Assembly (NCBI GenBank): GCA_963675245.1
Contig: OY775910.1
Location: 96,001-160,000 of the forward strand
From: Acholeplasmataceae bacterium
GTDB lineage: Bacteria; Bacillota_I; Bacilli_A; Acholeplasmatales; Acholeplasmataceae
DNA: 64,000 nt
Reading direction: 5' to 3'
Numbering within the stretch: position 1 is the first letter of the stretch; every line of letters begins with the position of its first letter. The notes under the pieces were generated by a model. The model had not been told where the DNA came from and did no database searches. It worked only from the letters and a program-made list of their open reading frames with translations. This document shows positions 61,439 to 64,000 of the stretch, piece after piece. The position numbers were made by a program, and so were the translations under genes.

Positions 61439-62902
61439 GGCTCTATAATTATGTTAGGGGTGGATGATTTTATAAAGGGATATAAAAAAGCATAAGTAAA
61501 TCTTATAATAAAGGTAACCACACACTTTAGATAAGGAGTTTACTTATGCAAGACAATTATATCAAGAAAGTACTAAGAATTGAAGACGAGCACTTAAAGA
61601 TTAAGCAAATAGAGACCATTGAGAATGATATGCATGTCCATTTGAGATTCACACAAGGCTATCAATTATGTCCACATTGTGGGAGTTACACTTCTAAAGT
61701 TCACGACTATAGAGATAGAGTCATTAAGCATGGTGTCATCAATGGCTACCATGTGTATTTAAAATACAGACGAAGACGGTATGTCTGTAAACACTGCCAC
61801 AAGCGGTTCCCAGAACCTAATCAGTTCGTTGAGCGTTTCAATAAGATATCCAATGTCACGAAGCATCACATCTTAAGGGAAGCTGAATATGTCCAAAGCT
61901 ATACAGCCATCGCGAAACGTTTGAATGTCTCTGTGCCAACAGCGATGAGACATATCGATAAACACATCCAACCGAGCAGGTTAAAACTATCTGAAACGAT
62001 CAGTATTGATGAATTTAAAAAGCGCAACCTCGGCTATGGCAAATACGCCTTTGTCATCTGTGATCCCATCAACAAGAAAGTGATAGACGTGATGAGAAAC
62101 AGACGGACAGACTGGTTAAAGAATTACTTCAGTCAAATACCTTATGAAGAGCGCAGCAACGTTAAAAACGTCATTATGGACCTATGGGCACCGTACCGGA
62201 ATATCGTGAAAGCTTATTTACCTCATGCGCGCATTATCGCAGACACATTCCACTTCTTAAGATATATCTATTGGTCATTCAACGCCGTAAGAATACGCAT
62301 TATGAAAACATTTGATGAGGATTCTATCAACTATAAGATATTAAAGAAGCATTGGAAGCTCTTGATGAAGTCACCGAGCGACTTGAATGACACTTATTAC
62401 TACCATCATCTCTTAGAACAAAACGTCAATGATTATGTCATACATGATATCGCAGCGAATCTTCACCCGGATTTAAAAGAAGCTTTTCATCTTAAAGATC
62501 TCTTTCAAACCAGCATAGAAACATTATCTTATGAAGAGGCACCGGCTTTTATCAATCAATTCATTGATCTACTCAGACACGCAACCACCAAAGAATTTAG
62601 AGATATTAAGAAAACATTTATCAATTGGCGTCAAGAAATCGTTCAATCATTTGACCTTCATCCTGAAACACGTAAAAAGATGACGAATGGCATTGTCGAA
62701 GGTATTAATAACTTTATTAAAGTCATTAAAAGAACAGCTTATGGATTTACTGATTTCAACAGGTTCAGATCTAGAATTCTCTTTCTTTACAACAAAGATT
62801 ACACATTAAGTGCATAATGAAAAAACGCATTTAGATGAATCACCTAAAAATACGCTTTTCATTGATTTACTTATTCGGTACCCCTATCCTTGACAGAGAA
62901 CC
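61439..62902 (+). mobile_element. ISL3-family insertion sequence
   Basis: Imperfect IRs GGCTCT..TAGGGGT / ACCCCTA..AGAACC; 8-bp TSD ATTGTTTA at 61431-61438 and 62903-62910. Confidence 0.9.
61546..62817 (+). CDS. ISL3 transposase
   Basis: CPHCG..RRYVCKHC zinc finger, ISIDEF, MDLWAPY, ADTFH, TNGIVEGINNFIKVIKRTAYGF. Confidence 0.95.
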   Translation: MQDNYIKKVLRIEDEHLKIKQIETIENDMHVHLRFTQGYQLCPHCGSYTSKVHDYRDRVIKHGVINGYHVYLKYRRRRYVCKHCHKRFPEPNQFVERFNKISNVTKHHILREAEYVQSYTAIAKRLNVSVPTAMRHIDKHIQPSRLKLSETISIDEFKKRNLGYGKYAFVICDPINKKVIDVMRNRRTDWLKNYFSQIPYEERSNVKNVIMDLWAPYRNIVKAYLPHARIIADTFHFLRYIYWSFNAVRIRIMKTFDEDSINYKILKKHWKLLMKSPSDLNDTYYYHHLLEQNVNDYVIHDIAANLHPDLKEAFHLKDLFQTSIETLSYEEAPAFINQFIDLLRHATTKEFRDIKKTFINWRQEIVQSFDLHPETRKKMTNGIVEGINNFIKVIKRTAYGFTDFNRFRSRILFLYNKDYTLSA

Positions 62903-62907
62903 ATTGT

Positions 62908-64000
62908 TTATACGATTGTCATGCTATAAGATGCGCCTATATCACCAACACGTCCGCAGAAATCTACTGCTTTTATTGTGATAATATATGAGCCAGGATC
63001 TAAATCTGTAAATGTATATTGATTCATCGTTGCTGTATCATGAAGGATACCATCGACATAAATCTCATATTGTTCAACACCATAATCATCTGTTGCTGGT
63101 TCCCAGAAGATGCCATTTTCAAGTAAATACATCGAGCTAATATCATCAACAGTACCCGGTACTTCCGTGTCTAAACTTGCATAATCCATTTGATATACAC
63201 GCACATAATCAATTTCAAAAGTCGTTGGGAAGATTGAATCATCAACACCTTGGACACCACCCCAATTACCTCCTATAGCTAAATTAAGGATTAAATAAAA
63301 CTGTTGGTCAAATGGGAATGTATCATCATACGGTTTATCTTGATTAAATTCGGGTACATAAACAAATGGATTTGAATACGGCACACCATCTACATAGGTT
63401 TGAATATAACCTGGTTTCCATATGATTTCATATGTGTAAAATTGAGATTCTGGATTGCTTAGTTCCATGTCATATCCAATTTGTCTGCCATTTGTCCCAT
63501 TGCCATATGTTGTATGAATCGTCGTATGAACCATACCTGGATCATATCCAACATACTCCATGATATCAATCTCGCCTGAGTTAGGCCATCCGCCATAAAC
63601 ACTCATCGTTGGCATCATCCAAATTGCTGGCCATGTACCACGTCCTGGTGCTAATTTAGCACGCACTTGAATACGACCATATCTGAAGTCACCTTTATAT
63701 TTAGAGGTGAGTTTTGCAGATGTATATTCAGCACCACCATATGATTCATCTTTGGCAGTAATGACTAATTTACCATCAACAAGTTCTGCATTATCAGGTC
63801 TGTAATATTGTAATTCATTATTACCAAATCCACCACCGGCATTTTCGATATTCCATCTGTTTAAATCGATACCTAAACCATCAAATTCATCAGCCCAGAT
63901 AGCTACCCAGCCACCATCTAATGTTTTATAATCAGGGTCAACATTGTCGGTTGCAACCAGTGGCTCGAGTCCATTTGGTATATCCACTGGATCTGGATCA
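62908..64000 (-). CDS. GH16 laminarinase-like glycoside hydrolase with C-terminal Fn3; 5' end probably outside the window
   Basis: WADEFDG, GNNELQYY, GTWPAIWM, GEIDIMEY, FYLILNLAIGG, IDYVRVYQ. Confidence 0.9.
   Translation of the reverse strand, partial: DPDPVDIPNGLEPLVATDNVDPDYKTLDGGWVAIWADEFDGLGIDLNRWNIENAGGGFGNNELQYYRPDNAELVDGKLVITAKDESYGGAEYTSAKLTSKYKGDFRYGRIQVRAKLAPGRGTWPAIWMMPTMSVYGGWPNSGEIDIMEYVGYDPGMVHTTIHTTYGNGTNGRQIGYDMELSNPESQFYTYEIIWKPGYIQTYVDGVPYSNPFVYVPEFNQDKPYDDTFPFDQQFYLILNLAIGGNWGGVQGVDDSIFPTTFEIDYVRVYQMDYASLDTEVPGTVDDISSMYLLENGIFWEPATDDYGVEQYEIYVDGILHDTATMNQYTFTDLDPGSYIITIKAVDFCGRVGDIGASYSMTIV

Overview
AT-rich bacterial DNA using the standard code (TGA is a stop), rich in lipoproteins. 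The gene content suggests a free-living Mollicute such as Acholeplasmatales or Izemoplasmatales (inference). Bases 1-25.8 kb are host genes on the minus strand: a glycan-utilisation locus (two permuted GH3s, a B-repeat lipoprotein, a LytTR two-component system, glf, GH43), a copZ-copZ-copA-csoR operon, a giant lipoprotein and housekeeping genes. The main feature starts at tRNA-Lys(CTT) (25853-25928), whose 3' half recurs five times downstream as direct repeats (43187, 47816, 50905, 53499, 55762). The first interval is a complete ~17.3 kb prophage-like element. It has a Zot/pI-like ATPase, a Rep_trans rolling-circle initiator with a hairpin origin, a highly structured intergenic region, membrane virion-like proteins, a tyrosine integrase, an XRE repressor and restriction-modification cargo. 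The next four intervals are core-less cassettes (att + leftward promoter + XRE repressor + different cargo). Their right junctions fall at the att crossover and they decay with distance from the tRNA. This looks like a polarised, integron-like archive of cargo left by successive visits of related ssDNA-type phages. The right end has a GNAT gene, an IS110 with a readable bridge RNA inserted between the SD and ATG of an SGNH esterase, a candidate sRNA, an ISL3 with an 8-bp TSD and a partial GH16. All family calls come from motif reading by eye; no database searches were run.
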